From contig JAHBMJ010000099.1 in the NCBI GenBank assembly GCA_018398765.1, positions 1 through 56,944 on the forward strand: DNA of 56,944 nucleotides, in the 5' to 3' direction. Under the pieces are notes generated by a model. The model saw only the letters and a list, made by a program, of their open reading frames with translations, was not told the origin of the DNA and searched no databases. Position numbers and translations under genes: made by a program. This document shows, piece by piece, positions 12,531-26,009 of this stretch. This DNA is from Chromera velia. Taxonomy: Eukaryota. Every line of letters begins with the position of its first letter. The first letter of the stretch is position 1.

Positions 12531-14956
12531 TGTGTGTGCAGTGATTTTTTCTCCCGAGAGACAACGGATCACCTCCAGAGCCACAGCTCCTGTGTGGATC
12601 CTTGGGGAGGTCCGTCGGCTTGAATGCATTGCCTCTGGGTCTGAAATTCCACAAATTAGAGCAGAAGAAAACAGGAAAGAAGAGCAAAATGGATTTTGCC
12701 GTTACTACAAAATGAAACAAAACAGAATACAAAGGTTTTAGGGATGTCGTCAAGCTGCTATATGAGGAGGGATCGCGTTGATCGATCCAGGAGAATGCAT
12801 GTGCGAGAAAGAATAAATATCCAAATGATTTCTTTTCGATCTATCAGTCAAGGGGAACTCAATTGAATGGCCGGGCTGCATGCGCGGCAAGTCGGCACAT
12901 ACCTCCATTTGAGAACACTAAACCATACAGGTTGCATTCCGCCTCTGTGTGTCGTCGGTCTGTGTATCTGTTGGTAATTCGATCTCCCCACGCTGATTCA
13001 TTCCTTCCTTCGTTCGTTCGTTCGTTCATTCATTCATTCATTCATTCATTCTGCTTGCCTCCCTCCCTCCCTCCCTCCTTCTCTCCCTCCTTGCCATGCG
13101 TGCGTCAGGCATTTCTTCGAAGATGGGCTGTGGGAGTCAGCATGAAGCACCGTCGAGTGGGGTTCACAGGCAAGCGTTCAGCATGTTTATTCTCATTCTC
13201 ATTTTGGGGGGGCGACGGGGGATCAGGCGGGGAGATGGGTGGGATTTTATGAGAGGATCAATAAATGGTCATGTTCTGTGTCTGAGTGTTCATCTGTCGG
13301 TGTGCGCATGGACACCGTCCATCGCGATCACAATGCATCCTGCTGTATCCATAGCAGAATCGGCCGTTTAGTGTCTCGTCAGGCTGAAAGCAGATTTGGT
13401 TGCACTCATGCAACACACACGTCTGTCAGTACTGGACCATCGACTGAATCTCTCTTTCGCTTCTTCCTTTTTTGTGTTCGTGCAGGTTTCTATGAACAGG
13501 GTCCCTGTATCTCTGAAGGCGGCAGAAAGCAATCTGTACCCGCAGAAAGCAACATGTGTGCAGGTGGGTGCATGGGGGGGGAACGGGAAGTCTCTTGACA
13601 GAATGCATGAAGGGAGGAAGGTTGCATCCATCAGAACATCCGTGCCTTCTTCGATCACCTCTATCTGTTAGCTCTTTCTTGTCACACTCCTAAGAGAGGC
13701 AGGGGGGGACTACGACTACTTCACATCTCTCGATCGATCTGCCAGAAAGAATCGATACAGACGAGTTAGAATGGAGACCGAATTACTTGTCGCCTTTCTG
13801 TGGGACAATTATGATTCCTCCCTTTCTGTCAAGAGGGAAAGCCCAGTTCATTTTCTTTTCGCCTTGCTGTGCAGAGCCGGCGGAGCGCTTCTCGCGTGCC
13901 TCAAATTGGTCAGTGAGTGGGGGGGGCGGGAGGGGATGAAGCTAGGAAGAAAAAAGGGAGAAAGCTTAAGGGAGAGTCGGCAACATGATTCCATTAATTT
14001 CGGGTGTTGAATTTTCTTGGCAGCTAGACGAAAAAGAAGATGCTGAAGTGACTTTTCTTTCAGAATACAAACCGCACGCGCTCCCATCTCTGTTCTGTCT
14101 GTCTCTCTGGACTGTCTCTCTGTTCTGTTCTCTCTGCAGGTTCTCGCGTTGGGGCTTTACACTCTCGATGGTGCTAGTATTCCTTTTTGGCATTTTCGCA
14201 ATCGCAGTCCTTTTTTTGAGCCTTGCGAATGCACGAGGAAGAGGAAGGGTGCGCAGATGTCCAACGTGTCCTCTCTTTCAACGGATCTCTTCGTTCTTCT
14301 CCCGACATGGGGGAAGATCTCAAGGAGGGGGGGGGCGATCAAGACTGCGTCCAGAATTGTCCCACCTAGAGGCTGGGGACGCGAGTCCTCACGCTCAAAG
14401 GGGCCTGCCTGCTTCAAGTCCATCATCTGCAGAACTCGGAAGCTCCGAGGGAAGACGCGATAGAAAGACCACAATTTTTGTCGATCACTTCTCAGCCTTC
14501 TACAGAGGAGGCAAGCGAATGCTGAGTCGCATTGGCGTCGGTCGAGATGAAGAGGCAGTGAGAGGAGCAGATCAACAAACGCTTCGAACTCCGAGTGACG
14601 TCACACAAGCCTCCGCTGGACTCAGTCCCCTCCGGCCGTCTTCTGGAAGCTCGGAGGTGCGTCTTCCCCAGGCTGATGAAGGGTTGCTTCAGAAGGGGTC
14701 CATGCTGAGTCAGCCGTCTGCAGCGGGACGGGAAGTCGGGGTTGCAGAGGGCTCTCAGGGAGGTGCTTACCCTTCAGTAGGAAGTCCTGCGGGAGGGGGG
14801 AGAGCGGGGTCTGGACACGGGGGAGGCGGGAGTCCCTTGGCAGTCAGCTTTGCAGAAGACGGGGGGCAGAGCGTGAAGAGCGCTGGGAAGAGTACTCCAG
14901 GGACAGAGCCCCGATCCATTTTGAAGGGCCCCAATCGAAGCAAAGGACTTGGATGA
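5632..14956 (+). CDS. Pepsin-family (A1) aspartic protease homolog with signal peptide, C-terminal TM helix and cytosolic tail; probably catalytically inactive. Exons: 5632-5787, 6295-6367, 7421-7654, 7879-7970, 8426-8459, 8770-8855, 9565-10433, 10812-10919, 11386-11414, 11816-11873, 12108-12211, 12542-12609, 13109-13169, 13486-13563, 13875-13908, 14140-14956
   Basis: Hydrophobic N-terminus. Pepsin landmarks occur in order: [15 protein letters not shown] (DTGS..LW.P), GGMLGF (DGILGL), [25 protein letters not shown] (second DTG site), [35 protein letters not shown]. These are followed by TM segment [24 protein letters not shown]. Exon phases join without stops. Confidence 0.85.
8070..8375. repeat. 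(TCTG/TCTT)n degenerate microsatellite in an intron of the pepsin-family gene
   Basis: Direct observation. Confidence 0.95.
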
Positions 14957-15443
14957 TAAGGGGCCACAAGGCTATCAACAAGAATTACAAGAATAGAAAC
15001 TTGAAGTTCATGGCGTGCTTACTGCAAACTTTAAGTGCACTGGCCATTTCGCACTCAGTACTGCTTGTTCACGCTTTTTGAGTTGCATCAAACAGGCGAC
15101 TCATTGTTATAATCATCAACTTAACAAAGGTTCTTAAAAAAACAAACAGATCATCATCATCATCATCAGAGCCACCTTGAAGGGGAATGATCTTTTCAAA
15201 GTTATGTTTTTAATGATAATAGTTCAATCCATCTTCCTGCTAGCTTGTCTGATTGTCTGAGTTTCAGTTGAGTTTCATATAAACAAACGTTGTAAAGATT
15301 GATAAGCGTTGATTCCTAGTTGATTCATTATGTATGCAAAGTTCTATCTAGCTATAGACTTCCATCTTCAATGCTGCATATCACAGCCTGAGTGCATGCT
15401 CCACTGTCCCTAACTGATCCTAATTGTTATGTGATCTTCCTGC

Positions 15444-16102
15444 TACCTCCTTGAACCTAATGTCCACTTGAATGGTGGGGCCGCATTTTTAGATAGGCTT
15501 GAACGCCCACGCCGCAGGCGCGGGTGGTATCTTGAAGGCCCGTGCCGCAGGCAGGGGCGGTGTCTTGAAAAGCAGCGCCGCAGGCGCGGGCAGTGTCTTG
15601 ACCGGCCGCGCCGCAGGCGCGGGCGGTGTCTTGAAAGGCGGCATGCAGCTGTATGCTAAAGAATCGCAGCTGCATACGTGTCAACCCGTCTCCCGAAGTG
15701 CAAATGTATCTAAACAAAACGCAGGTGCAAGCCCGTGAAATCTGCAGGTTGAGCAATCTTACTAGCAATCTTGCTGATTCTGATTCAGAAGATGAATGAA
15801 TAGAGATGTTATATATAACCATATACTGGCACCAAGCTATGTATGATGTAATCTAGGATGTAATATTGATATTGTATGATTATATATGATGATATGTACA
15901 AAACCTAGGCATGAATAGTATTTTAAAGGCAATATATCGATTTATTTATACTAATTTATACGTTATTATTTTTTAATTTTTTTTTATATTCTTTGAATGA
16001 GATTTGCTAGGCCGCAAATTTGGATAGACTTGATTGGCCGCGCCGCAGGCGCGGACGATCTTGATATTTTTTTTTCAAGTGGACATTAGGTTCAGGGAGG
16101 TC
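15444..16102. mobile_element. Non-autonomous DNA transposon (MITE), 659 bp, hAT-like by TSD length
   Basis: Left end TACCTCCTTGAACCTAATGTCCACTTGAA (15444-15472) is the reverse complement of 16074-16102 with 2 mismatches. Identical 8-bp direct repeat CTTCCTGC at 15436-15443 and 16103-16110. No transposase ORF. Confidence 0.9.
15499..15640. repeat. Four ~33-bp GC-rich tandem repeats (core CGCCGCAGGCGCGGGCGGTGTCTTGA) inside the MITE; a fifth copy at ~16030-16064
   Basis: Visible directly, and produces an 11-aa periodicity in ORF 15457..15822. Confidence 0.85.
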
Positions 16103-16179
16103 CTTCCTGCCTGCGCTTCTAATTTTGTCCGCCGTGTAGTGGTCTGATAGTGCCGCTGTCAGTGCGCGCGGAGTTAAAT

Positions 16180-17520
16180 ACAAATTTTGTAAGGGTTTGG
16201 ATGTGTGGTCAAGTCTAGCTAGAGTTGACTGCCATTTAGAGATTAATGTTTATGTCTGTCTGACTGTCTAACAGTAACTGCTATTAAAGCAAAAAATATG
16301 AGTCTACTATGAGAAAAATTAATCCTAGGATTCATTTACACAGGGATCTTCCTGCATAAATGCACCATCAGAATGTTCATAGACCTGAGCATGGTCCAGT
16401 GAACGTGAAATTCGTCGTAAATCCTAGCGTAAACTAAAGCGTGAATCACTTCTGAACCTAGTTCTGAACTATATAGCGTGTGAAAGCAAATTTATGTAAG
16501 ATCCATTTGAATACTACTTTAAGAATTTGAGATTTGAATAACTCTCCCAAATGAATAGTGAGAAATGAGTATTACTATTTTTTTTAGGGTCACAAAGTGT
16601 ATAAAGCTAGCTAGAAAGCTAGGTATAAAGGTATAGAAGTGTCACTCTAATACGTGACTCTATGTTTCACTCCCAAAGTTAATCGAATTTAAGTTAATCG
16701 AAGTTTATTATTCTTATACATGTGAGTGACACTTTTATTCAAACTATATATAGTTAATTGAAACAAGCAATTAATATGAGAGATTTCGCGATTTACACTG
16801 AATTTTACAAACTTATCAAACTATCATGATAGTTCACAAACTAGCCTGAGTTTACAAACTTCTTTTTGAATCTAGTTTTGGATTCAGTCAGGTCTAGAGT
16901 CAAGTTTGTTATAGTGAAACCTAGACTTAAACTGATTTCAAAATTGTATGCAAAACAGATCTTGATATAGATCTTGACTCCATGTATTACTCCATAACGT
17001 CCACATATATATTGAATTTTGAAGCCATAATTTAGCTGTTGCCAGCCTGTTGAATACTGTTGGACCACAGGGCCCAGGCAATTGTCAGGAATGTATTTCC
17101 GAGTCACAGAACTAGTCACAGAATGATTCACACTACTGTAGTTTTAGCAGCCTCAGGCTCTACTAGTTTATTTTCTTTTTTATAGTCTTCATCACACAAT
17201 CACTAATCAGAATTAACACAGGAATTTTCCAGATTAGTGACACTCTGTCACAGTGAATCAGTGATTCTGATCTAGATTCTGATTAACCAAAACTAGAGGT
17301 AAAACTCGAGGTGAAAGTAATATGAAACACTAGATAAAACATTATCTGGAGTGATGCGGGGATGCATATGCATGCATGGAAAGGATACACATTAGAAGCA
17401 AGCAGATTTGGAAAGTTGTTGGAATACATAGACATACATGAATCAGTGGATCAAAACAATTCAGCATACATGCATAAACGAATGGAGGAATGGGGGTTGA
17501 GGGGGGCCCTCCCTGAATTA
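16180..17520. mobile_element. AT-rich degenerate block, probable transposon relic
   Basis: Abrupt compositional shift to AT-rich, TAG/CTA-rich sequence with no microsatellites and no long ORF. Ends not identified. Confidence 0.4.
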
Positions 17521-20500
17521 TATCCACCGGACACGTAGTCTCGGTGACGCAAGCAATTGATGCCGGGCCTTTCCCTTCTTCCGTTCCTCTGCTTCACCGG
17601 GAGGTATTGGAGTGCTTGCGCCTTCTTTTCTTCCATGCACCGCATCATCATTGTACAGAAGGCGAAGGGGGGAGCAAGGAAGATCGTTCGAGTTGCTCAG
17701 GGAGTAGAGAGGGTAGACGCAAACAAAGACTGTATTGAGGCAGTGGAGGCGACATTAAGAAAGAGGCACAGGGCAATGAAGGTAAGAGAAGTCCTTTTCC
17801 GTATTCGCAGTCTTTCTGGATTCTTTTCTCGTCAACCCTTCTTCCGTTATTTCGCTCTTTCTTTCGGTCGGCGGCCCGCCCGGACAGCAAGGCCGACGAG
17901 GTAGGACTTTGTGCTTCTTGAAAGAAAGGGGAGAGGAGAAGGGAGGGGGGGGACAGGCAGGCACGACGAGGAAGGTTGGACGTTGATAACGATCCGAAGA
18001 GGACTGGAAAGAGAGACGCAAACAGGCAGCGCAAACACCCACACACCTCTACCAATTCATTTAGTCAGCACTGTGATTCTTCCGACCAGAGGGACGGCCG
18101 TTTTGGCACATCTGGTCGGTCGAAATCATCATGGGCAGGGATGGTGAGAGTGAATCAGTGGGAGGTACAGCGGTGGGTGTGAAGCCTGGGATGGGTCCGT
18201 GGATCAGTCTCCGTATCCTGTCTGCCTGCTGTGCTGCTGTGGGTCCGTTGGTCATCTTCCTTCGTGTGCTGTCTTAGCTTTGCTGCTGCTGGAGGGAAAA
18301 GAGTCACGGCAGAAGAGAAGATTGCGAGGCTCCCCTCCCACCCGTGGAAGGGAAGAGGGGCCGCTCAGCAACCCGTATGAATGCCTGCCTGACCACACTC
18401 ACTCCACTGCAGCATCGAAAGATGCAAACTTGCTTTAAATTCTCTCTGTGGGGTTTCCCCCCCCCAATAGTACTTCTGAAAGACAGTGACTCTCATTCAG
18501 ACAGGAAGACTTCCTTGCTGGTTGCTACGAACGGGAAACGAGAAACGTAGGATGGGCCAAATCACGGCTCGCTGCTTTTCATATGATAGAGCGGAAGCAG
18601 AGAGGAAAGGAGAGAGGAAAAAGCAGAGAAAGATTGAGAAACGAGAGATGCAGGGGGAACGCTCGTCTCATCCATCCATATTGATCTGATCTGGTCCATC
18701 GGTTTTCTTTTTGGGGTGTGACGAGAGCTGCCCTCCTATCTCGTTCCCGATGCTGCCCCGCCGCTCACTCTCCATCCCTCTCGCCACTTCCCATTCGCTC
18801 AAAAGTCCTTCGATGTGTCCGTGGGTGCTCGTAGATCTCCATCCTCCACCCCTTCTTCCTCCAGGAGAAGGAATAAGTCGGGGATCTCCTCGTTCCCGCT
18901 CCGAATGACTCCGTGCCAACGGCTGGCTGGTTGCTCTGCGCATTCGCTCTACACGCAGAGAGGGAAAAGGACAAGAGGGAAAACCCCCCCCTTCCCTCCC
19001 TTCAGTGCAGTGTCTGTGAAAGAACTCAGCATGTCACTGACTGCGTTGTGTCTCAATGGGATGGGTACTCAGGTGCGGCTGAGATCCTAAGGAGGAAACG
19101 AGAAAAGAAAAGAAAAAAAAAACGGGCGGGAAAAACGAAGGAGGAAGGGGACCAGTCCCTGGCCCCCGGGGTCCCGTGTCTCTGCCATCTCTCTCAATCA
19201 ATCATCAACAGGAGCGAGTAAAGTTGCCCCCCCCTGCCTTGACTGAACGAATCGATCCATGACTCATCTGTCAGACAGACGCGAGGACGCCCGAAGTCAT
19301 CGCCGAAAACCAAATCCTCCTCCATCTCCTTCGATCTCCCCTCCCTCACACGTCCCCCCTCGTAGTGTCGATCCCCCGCGCACCGTTGCACGCACCACCT
19401 GGAATGGGAACGAGCCCCCCAGCGATCGAGCGAGCGTGTGTCCCTCCACTCCTGCCCGCGAAGGGGATCTCTCTCTCTGATGGGGCAGTCAGTCCACCCG
19501 TCCGCGAACCTACCTGAATGAGGCATGCACACGTTCGTGCAGACAGACAAATCTGTTGCTGGAGAGATCAGGAAAGGGGGACGGAACGATGGAAAAGGAA
19601 GGAAAGGGAACGCGCTCCTCCGGCCTCTCCCAAAAAGGAAGAGACGAGCGCCGTCCTCTCCGCATGTCCATCCATCCATCCATCCATCGGCAGGGCACAA
19701 AAAGAAAGAAGAAACAAGACGGCCAGACACGAGTCAGTCCCTTGACCAAAATCATGATATGGCTCCGGCTGATGTCTTGAAATCTTCTCTAAGGCACGCA
19801 GCAGGAAGGAGTCATCTTTCTGTCTGGACTACTTCTCCTCCTTGCTTGTATTCCTTGATGAAAGAGAGGATTGATGATGAAACGGGACTGGACTGACTGA
19901 TGAGGTAGGTCGGGAGAAAAGTAAGAAAGAAACTCGTCTCTCTGGTCTGTCTGGAGACGGTAGGGAAGAAGAAAAATAACCTAGCCTTGCTTCATCAAAA
20001 TTCATTTCCCTTCCGGCGAAAGGAAGGAAGAGGCGGACTGAGGAATGAAAAGACGAGTGAATTCTTCAAACAGAACCAAAGAGCAGGCGACAAAAGCAAG
20101 TCGTAAACGAGTAAGCGTTCTCTCTCTTTTTATTGATTGATGGTGATATTACTTCCTCCTCACTCGCTCCATCGAAACGTTCATTCATTGAGTCGAACGA
20201 CGCACGCACAAACTGCACTCACGAATGAAGAACGAACAGTCACCTTTTTCATTGACAATTGAATGAATACAATGAATGCTGTCTTCTTCGTTTCTCTCTC
20301 TCTCTCTCTCTCTTTGTCGAGCACACACACGATCAGATTTCTCGAAGGAGGAAAGACAAAAAGAGGAAGGGGCCCGCTGTTGAAGAAGAAACCAACCGGC
20401 GGAAGTGGAATCCACCCCGCCACAGAGAAAAGAGGGAGGCTCCGCCCCCCTCCTTCGCTTCCGCAGGCTGCGGCCGCATGCCGCCGGTCATACAGGAGAG

Positions 20501-21950
20501 TTTCCTCGCCCGTGGTCCTTCCACTCTTTGTTTTTGTTGACGCTCTCCCCGGACAGAGAGAGGTGGCCCTCATCGCCCTCTTTTGCCTTCCCCCTTCCTT
20601 TCTCGTTTGTCTAGTACTGTCTGTGTGCCATATTAAATGCCCTCTCCTGCCCAACGGAAGACCCCCTCTTTTTCCCCCCTTTCTTTCCATCCACAGTTAG
20701 TGCATTTCCACAACACAAATGGAGAAACTCGCTCACGCAGCCACACACCCACACGCAAACATGTATGTAGTCACGCAAACGAACGAAGAGAAAAAGCGCG
20801 ATCGATCCGGAAGAAACGAAGGAAGACGGAGGGAGGCGAGAAGAAGAAGAGAGAGAAAGAACGGATCAAAGATGATGCACTGATAGTTGACTGGGGCGAA
20901 GAAAAACAACGAAGCGGAGAAAGAAGAAATTTTTCACTGCTAATGGAATGAGACGGAAGGACAGGAGGAAAGACAGTCTGATCCATACATGCACGGACAT
21001 ATACATACATTCATTCCTCACACATTGTTGCTTTCTTGCTTGCTTATTGCCTCATTGATGCATGACTGTCACTCATTCTCTTTCTTCCTTTCTCTCACTC
21101 CACCCTCTAAGATGATAAGACCTAACTGCTGCTGCTGACGAAGGAAGACAACAGATACGAACAAACGGCTTCCTTCCATTTTTCATGCCTTTCCTTGCAG
21201 TCTCGGCAGGGCTCCTCGCCGCTGTGTTCCCTCTCCTTGAAGAGAGAGTGGCGGCAGAGAGTGTCTCTTTGTTGAGAACAACTACAAACACGCAAACCAA
21301 ACGAGTTGATCAATGGACACAGCAGCAGACAGACGTCTCTTTCAAAGAGAGAAGGGGAGAAAAAGAGCTGAAGGATGAGTGAGAGAGATGGAGCTTTTAT
21401 GACTGCGAAGAATGCATGGTGAGGGATGATTGCAGAAATAAGATCAGAAAAAGAGAGGGACAACCAACCGAGTCTGGAGATTCCTATTGATACGTTCAAA
21501 CTTCACTGTCCTTTTTGTTCTGTCTGTTTGGAGTACGATTCATCCAGCAGAGGGAGGATAGGAGAAAAAGGGAAACCGACAAAGACTGCTAGTCTACACA
21601 ATTCTCCTTCCTTCCCTCTCCCTTAGCCCTCCTGTAACTCATATCGTGAGCTAACACAGAGAGCGAAGGAGTCAGACTGACACCCCTCCGAACTTCGCAA
21701 GCACCAACGACGCACTCCGCCAACGGCTCGCTGGTACGCAGAGGCGACCAACCAAAAACCCCAAACCCAACCGCACAGACAGACAGACTCTTCATCTTTT
21801 CTTCTCCTTGCAGACTCGGATTGCCACTTTACTTCAACTGTTCTCTCCACCACCTCCCACACTGCTCGACTCTCCCACAATCATTTAAAGTCACTTCATT
21901 CACTTTCACCACCCCACCTTCTTTCGATTCTTTCCTTGATGTTTTTGATG

Positions 21951-23038
21951 TTACTGCTGCTGCTGTGCCTGCACTGCGGCCAGCGATGTGCGGACCGTAT
22001 CGTTCAGCCTGGTGCAGTCTCTATCGCATGCCACGAGGAGCCCCTTACCCCCCAACTCGAGAGCTGCTTGGATACTCCCAAGTCCGGCGGCAGAAACGAG
22101 ACCAGAAGACACAAGGGCGAACAGAGCCTGCACGGTCTGCCTCAATAGCAGAGGAGACGCGCAAGGAACGCCCATGGAAGAGACACCGTGCCATTCCCCC
22201 GCCGCCACCTTCACACCCCTGAGAGAAACTTCAGGCCTGCGACGGGGGGCCTCACAATGCCCCTCTCGGGCCCAGGTGGCCGGCTCGGGTCCCTTCTCTG
22301 CATCGTCTGCGATCTGCTTCAGAAGCACTGCGAGCACTTCAACAGCCCGTGACTCAATGAACACACGAGCGTCATCCATCGCACACACAGCGAGTGCGTA
22401 AACGAACGGAAGCAGAATCTCGGGACGAGCGTAGCTGCGTCTGTCTTCGACAAGGCCCACAAGCGTGGAGGCACCCTCAGGCGTCAGCAGACGCGGGCGG
22501 AGAGCGGCTGCACGCACACAGGGAGGGAGGTTCAGAGGAGGATCCTTCCTACTTGCTGTAGGCAGCAGGCTGCAGGACGATGGCGAAGGGGGGAAGGGAA
22601 GAGAGAACGCACAAGCGCGAAAGACAGAGAGAACGAGAGAGAAGAAAGCGAGAGAAGGAAGAGAGAGGACAAGCAGAGGGAGGGGACTGACGTGAATCAG
22701 CCATGCGGGCAGCAGTGCCTGCTGCTTCCTCGATGTCAGCTGCATTCTGCGACTTGGCATACACACCCAGAGAGAGGAGAGGTCCCTGGGAATCGACCTC
22801 CATCGGTTGAACATCGTCGTCACCGTCCCTCTCGAGTTCGTTCGCCATCTCCTCTGCAGCAGGAGGGAAGGAAAAGAGGAAACACGTAAATAAAAAATGA
22901 GCTTCACTGCGAGAACAGCTCACACACGCCTTCCAAGTGCACCTTGAAAGATCAGGACAGAGACAGACCGACAGAGACAGAAACAGACACGCCCATTGCA
23001 GCGAGAAAGCGGGGAGGGAAGGAGAGAACACAAACGCA

Positions 23039-23072
<34 letters not shown>

Positions 23073-24840
23073 GAGAGAGGGAGGGGGAGAGAGAGAGAAA
23101 GAGAGAAAAAGAGAGACTCACACACAGAGAGAGAAAGAGAAAGAGAGAGAGGCCCACTGACCCTCCAGATTGTCCATATCAAAAGAAGGAAACTCAGATG
23201 TCACCCAAGTCTCTGCGCACTGGGAATGGTTGGATGTCGTCGTTGCTGCTTCCAGCCCCTGCTGATGGTGTTGATCCTTGCCAGGCAACACTCTCTGGGC
23301 GTTTTGAAAGATCGCAACAATTTCCTTCCACACGCGGGAGAACAGAATTGCATCACCGTACAGTCTGCCTGCGTCGATCACGTAAGCGCGCTGCACCCCG
23401 CCATTCGCACCCACTACTGCTGTCCCATCAGTGCCAGACATCAGTTCACCGTCATCCCAAAATGTCAATCGAGCCTCCACACATGCAGACCAATCCTGAA
23501 AGAAAGTTCCAGTCACCTGCAACAAACACAAAATGACACGCACACACACACTGTTACCTTACACCTCAGTAAGAGAGACAGAAGGAGACAAGGAAACGAG
23601 ACAAAACCAGGTGTCCCCCCCCCCCCTTTTTGAGAAATCCTGCAGTGCTGCTTGTTGTGCGGTTCCGTAACGCTGTCCCATGGCCAAGAAAAAGAAAGAC
23701 GATGGAAAACCGTGCGTGCATTCATGAGGTCGGACTCCCCCCCCCCTCTCTCCAGTGACGGACCATCCAGTTGACTTTGTCACAAGCGTACTCAATGTTC
23801 CAAGAAGACCCAGAGTTGACCATCTCATCGAGACCCTTTCCGAGAATCACCAGGAGATCTTCGACGGGTCCCATGACACGAAGGCTGGTAACAGAAATGA
23901 ACGAGAAATCATTTAACGGGGGGGGCGGCGGGAGGCTAGAGAACTGCCGCTGGGTGTCCTGCGGCACTTCCTGCTGCTTCGGTCCCACCACCTCAAACCC
24001 GAGCTGATGCTTCTGATTCACTGGCTGTTGCTGCTTCACAAGACCAAACGTCTCCCGCGGGAGAAGTCCAGCGTTGCTGCCAGAAAGCAACCACTCAACA
24101 GAAGCCGCCCCACCTGCGCAAAAGGAAAGCAACCGTTTTCCTTCCAGTGGGGGCTTCGACAAGCAGAGGCGTAACGAGAAAAGCAAAACAGCAACCAGAA
24201 GCAGCGGAAAGCAGGCACTTCTTCGCGACGCGCTCTGGTAAATTCACTGGTCCACATCACTGGAGAAGTGATGAGGGAGGAAGGCCGTGCGATTGCGTGC
24301 AGCGGCATCAGGAAAATCCACAGGCAGGAGGAAGTGCGGAGACATCCACAGGAAATCCAAAACAGGAAAGCGGTTAAGAAAGCTGATCTGGAAAAAGGGC
24401 GAAAAGGCAGCTGCTGTGGCGTTATGAAGAGAACGAAAGCCCTGTACACAAGAAGAAAGAGACTCACCTTCAGGTCCAGAAGCCGGTGCTTTCGGTTGTT
24501 TTGCGGCTCCTCTAGCCATCAGGACAGAGTCCACGAGGGAAGATGCGGCGTGCGAGGGCATTGCCGACACTCCCCTGACACCAACACAGACCACACCAGA
24601 AAGAGAAGCGCAGGTTGAGTCAACTGTATTTCGGGATGAAACGGTCTTTTCCCAAGAGTCACATGTTGTTGTTGAACCTCTTTCTCTGAAACTGTGAAAC
24701 AAACCGCGCACCAGAAAAGCGTCAGAAAGGGCAGAGACACACCTGTGAACCTCCCCTGCTGGGTAGGGATCCGCTTCGGCAAAAGCCTGGGCTCCACCAT
24801 ACGCTTTAGAAGACCGCGAATGAAGTCCTGCAGGTTTCAT
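21951..24840 (-). CDS. Hypothetical protein, ~598 aa; exons 24840-24468, 24113-23764, 23516-23162, 22853-22692, 22507-21951 (alternative in-frame ATG at 24906)
   Basis: Five protein-like ORF segments join by GT-AG introns with consistent phases (1797 nt). The C-terminal part looks helical/ARM-like (FIESRAVEVLAVLL). No family recognised. Confidence 0.7.
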
Positions 24841-26009
24841 AGAGGAGGAGCAGAATGGTGAAGTAAAACATCTTGCATCCACTTTCAAGACTCTCAGGCA
24901 CCCCATCCCCTTCCAATAAATGTGGAAAAGCGCGAAGCCTGCCCAAAGATCGAGTGGTTAGAGGCCACTGAACTCCTGCAATGCTTCACTGCGCGTGCAG
25001 GCTGCTTTTTGGTCCTCATATATCAGCGAAGTTTTAGCACTCAAAAACAAAACAGACATCTCAAGCGATAGGGACTCGAAAAGAAGAAAAGAAAGACTGA
25101 CCGTCCATTGGAGCTGGAGTCTGGGTTGAAATCCACAATAGGGCAGAGTGGGTAGCAACCGCAAACGGAGTAGCTTCCAACGAAAGAAGTGAACGCGGAA
25201 ATCCGACGAAAGGGAGGGGGGGGATGTCTAGCAAGACTCCACAAGGATCGTGACGCTTTGATTGGAAATCATTTTGATTAGGTGGTCTTCGTTACGAAGA
25301 GTGAAAGGGGTGATCCAAGGTATAGTACGGAAAGTCTTCTGAAAGTAGTGTGATCTGCTTCTGTATTGATCCACTCGATTGTGGCCTGCGCAGGGCAGTC
25401 CAAAATTATATATAGAGCCCCCCGAAAATATAGATATCTATATTTTCGTCTTTCTCAAGCGTTTGTGCCGGATATCCCCGCGCGCGGTCGAATGCGCAAA
25501 TCGAATTGAGGCTCTCACCAAAATTGACGTTGAGGGGCCATGAGGCCCAAGGAACTGAAATCTTATTAAGTCAAAAACTCGCATAGAGTTTTTTCTCCAA
25601 TTTATTCACGGATCACGAAAAACGACTATAAAGTCGGCCCAGGAACGCAAACTTTCCGAAAATGGGTTTGATGCAGATGGCAGTACCGCAAGTTTGGACT
25701 CGCGAAGCGCACCACTCTTGTGACGTCAATTCTATATCTCACTAAATTCCGACTGAATGACGCAAGATCTGACTGTTGTTCAATGTCAGGGTCGATCCTA
25801 CACCAGAGGACTTTTTCACACGATGATTGCGCACTTCCTCGTGACACAGCTGGACTTTTCCATAGCCTTTTCAAACCTGTTCGTACTGCACCTGCACTTG
25901 AATCACAGGAAGTGGATCGACAATGCTGGTAGACGGTCAAAAATCGAGGACCTGACCCGTTTAATTTTGACACTCTGCACATCCTTCTTGAATCATTTTG
26001 AGTCTGAAG

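Noticed and set aside
15499..15640. 33-bp repeats as a CRISPR array
   Set aside because: The units are contiguous with no unique spacers, lie within a MITE, and the context is eukaryotic with no cas genes.
16150..16177. piggyBac-like end ...GCGCGCGGAGTTAA
   Set aside because: No matching inverted partner found in the window.
19895..19940. CTGATGAG...GAAA hammerhead-like core
   Set aside because: No stem II or flanking helices can be formed.
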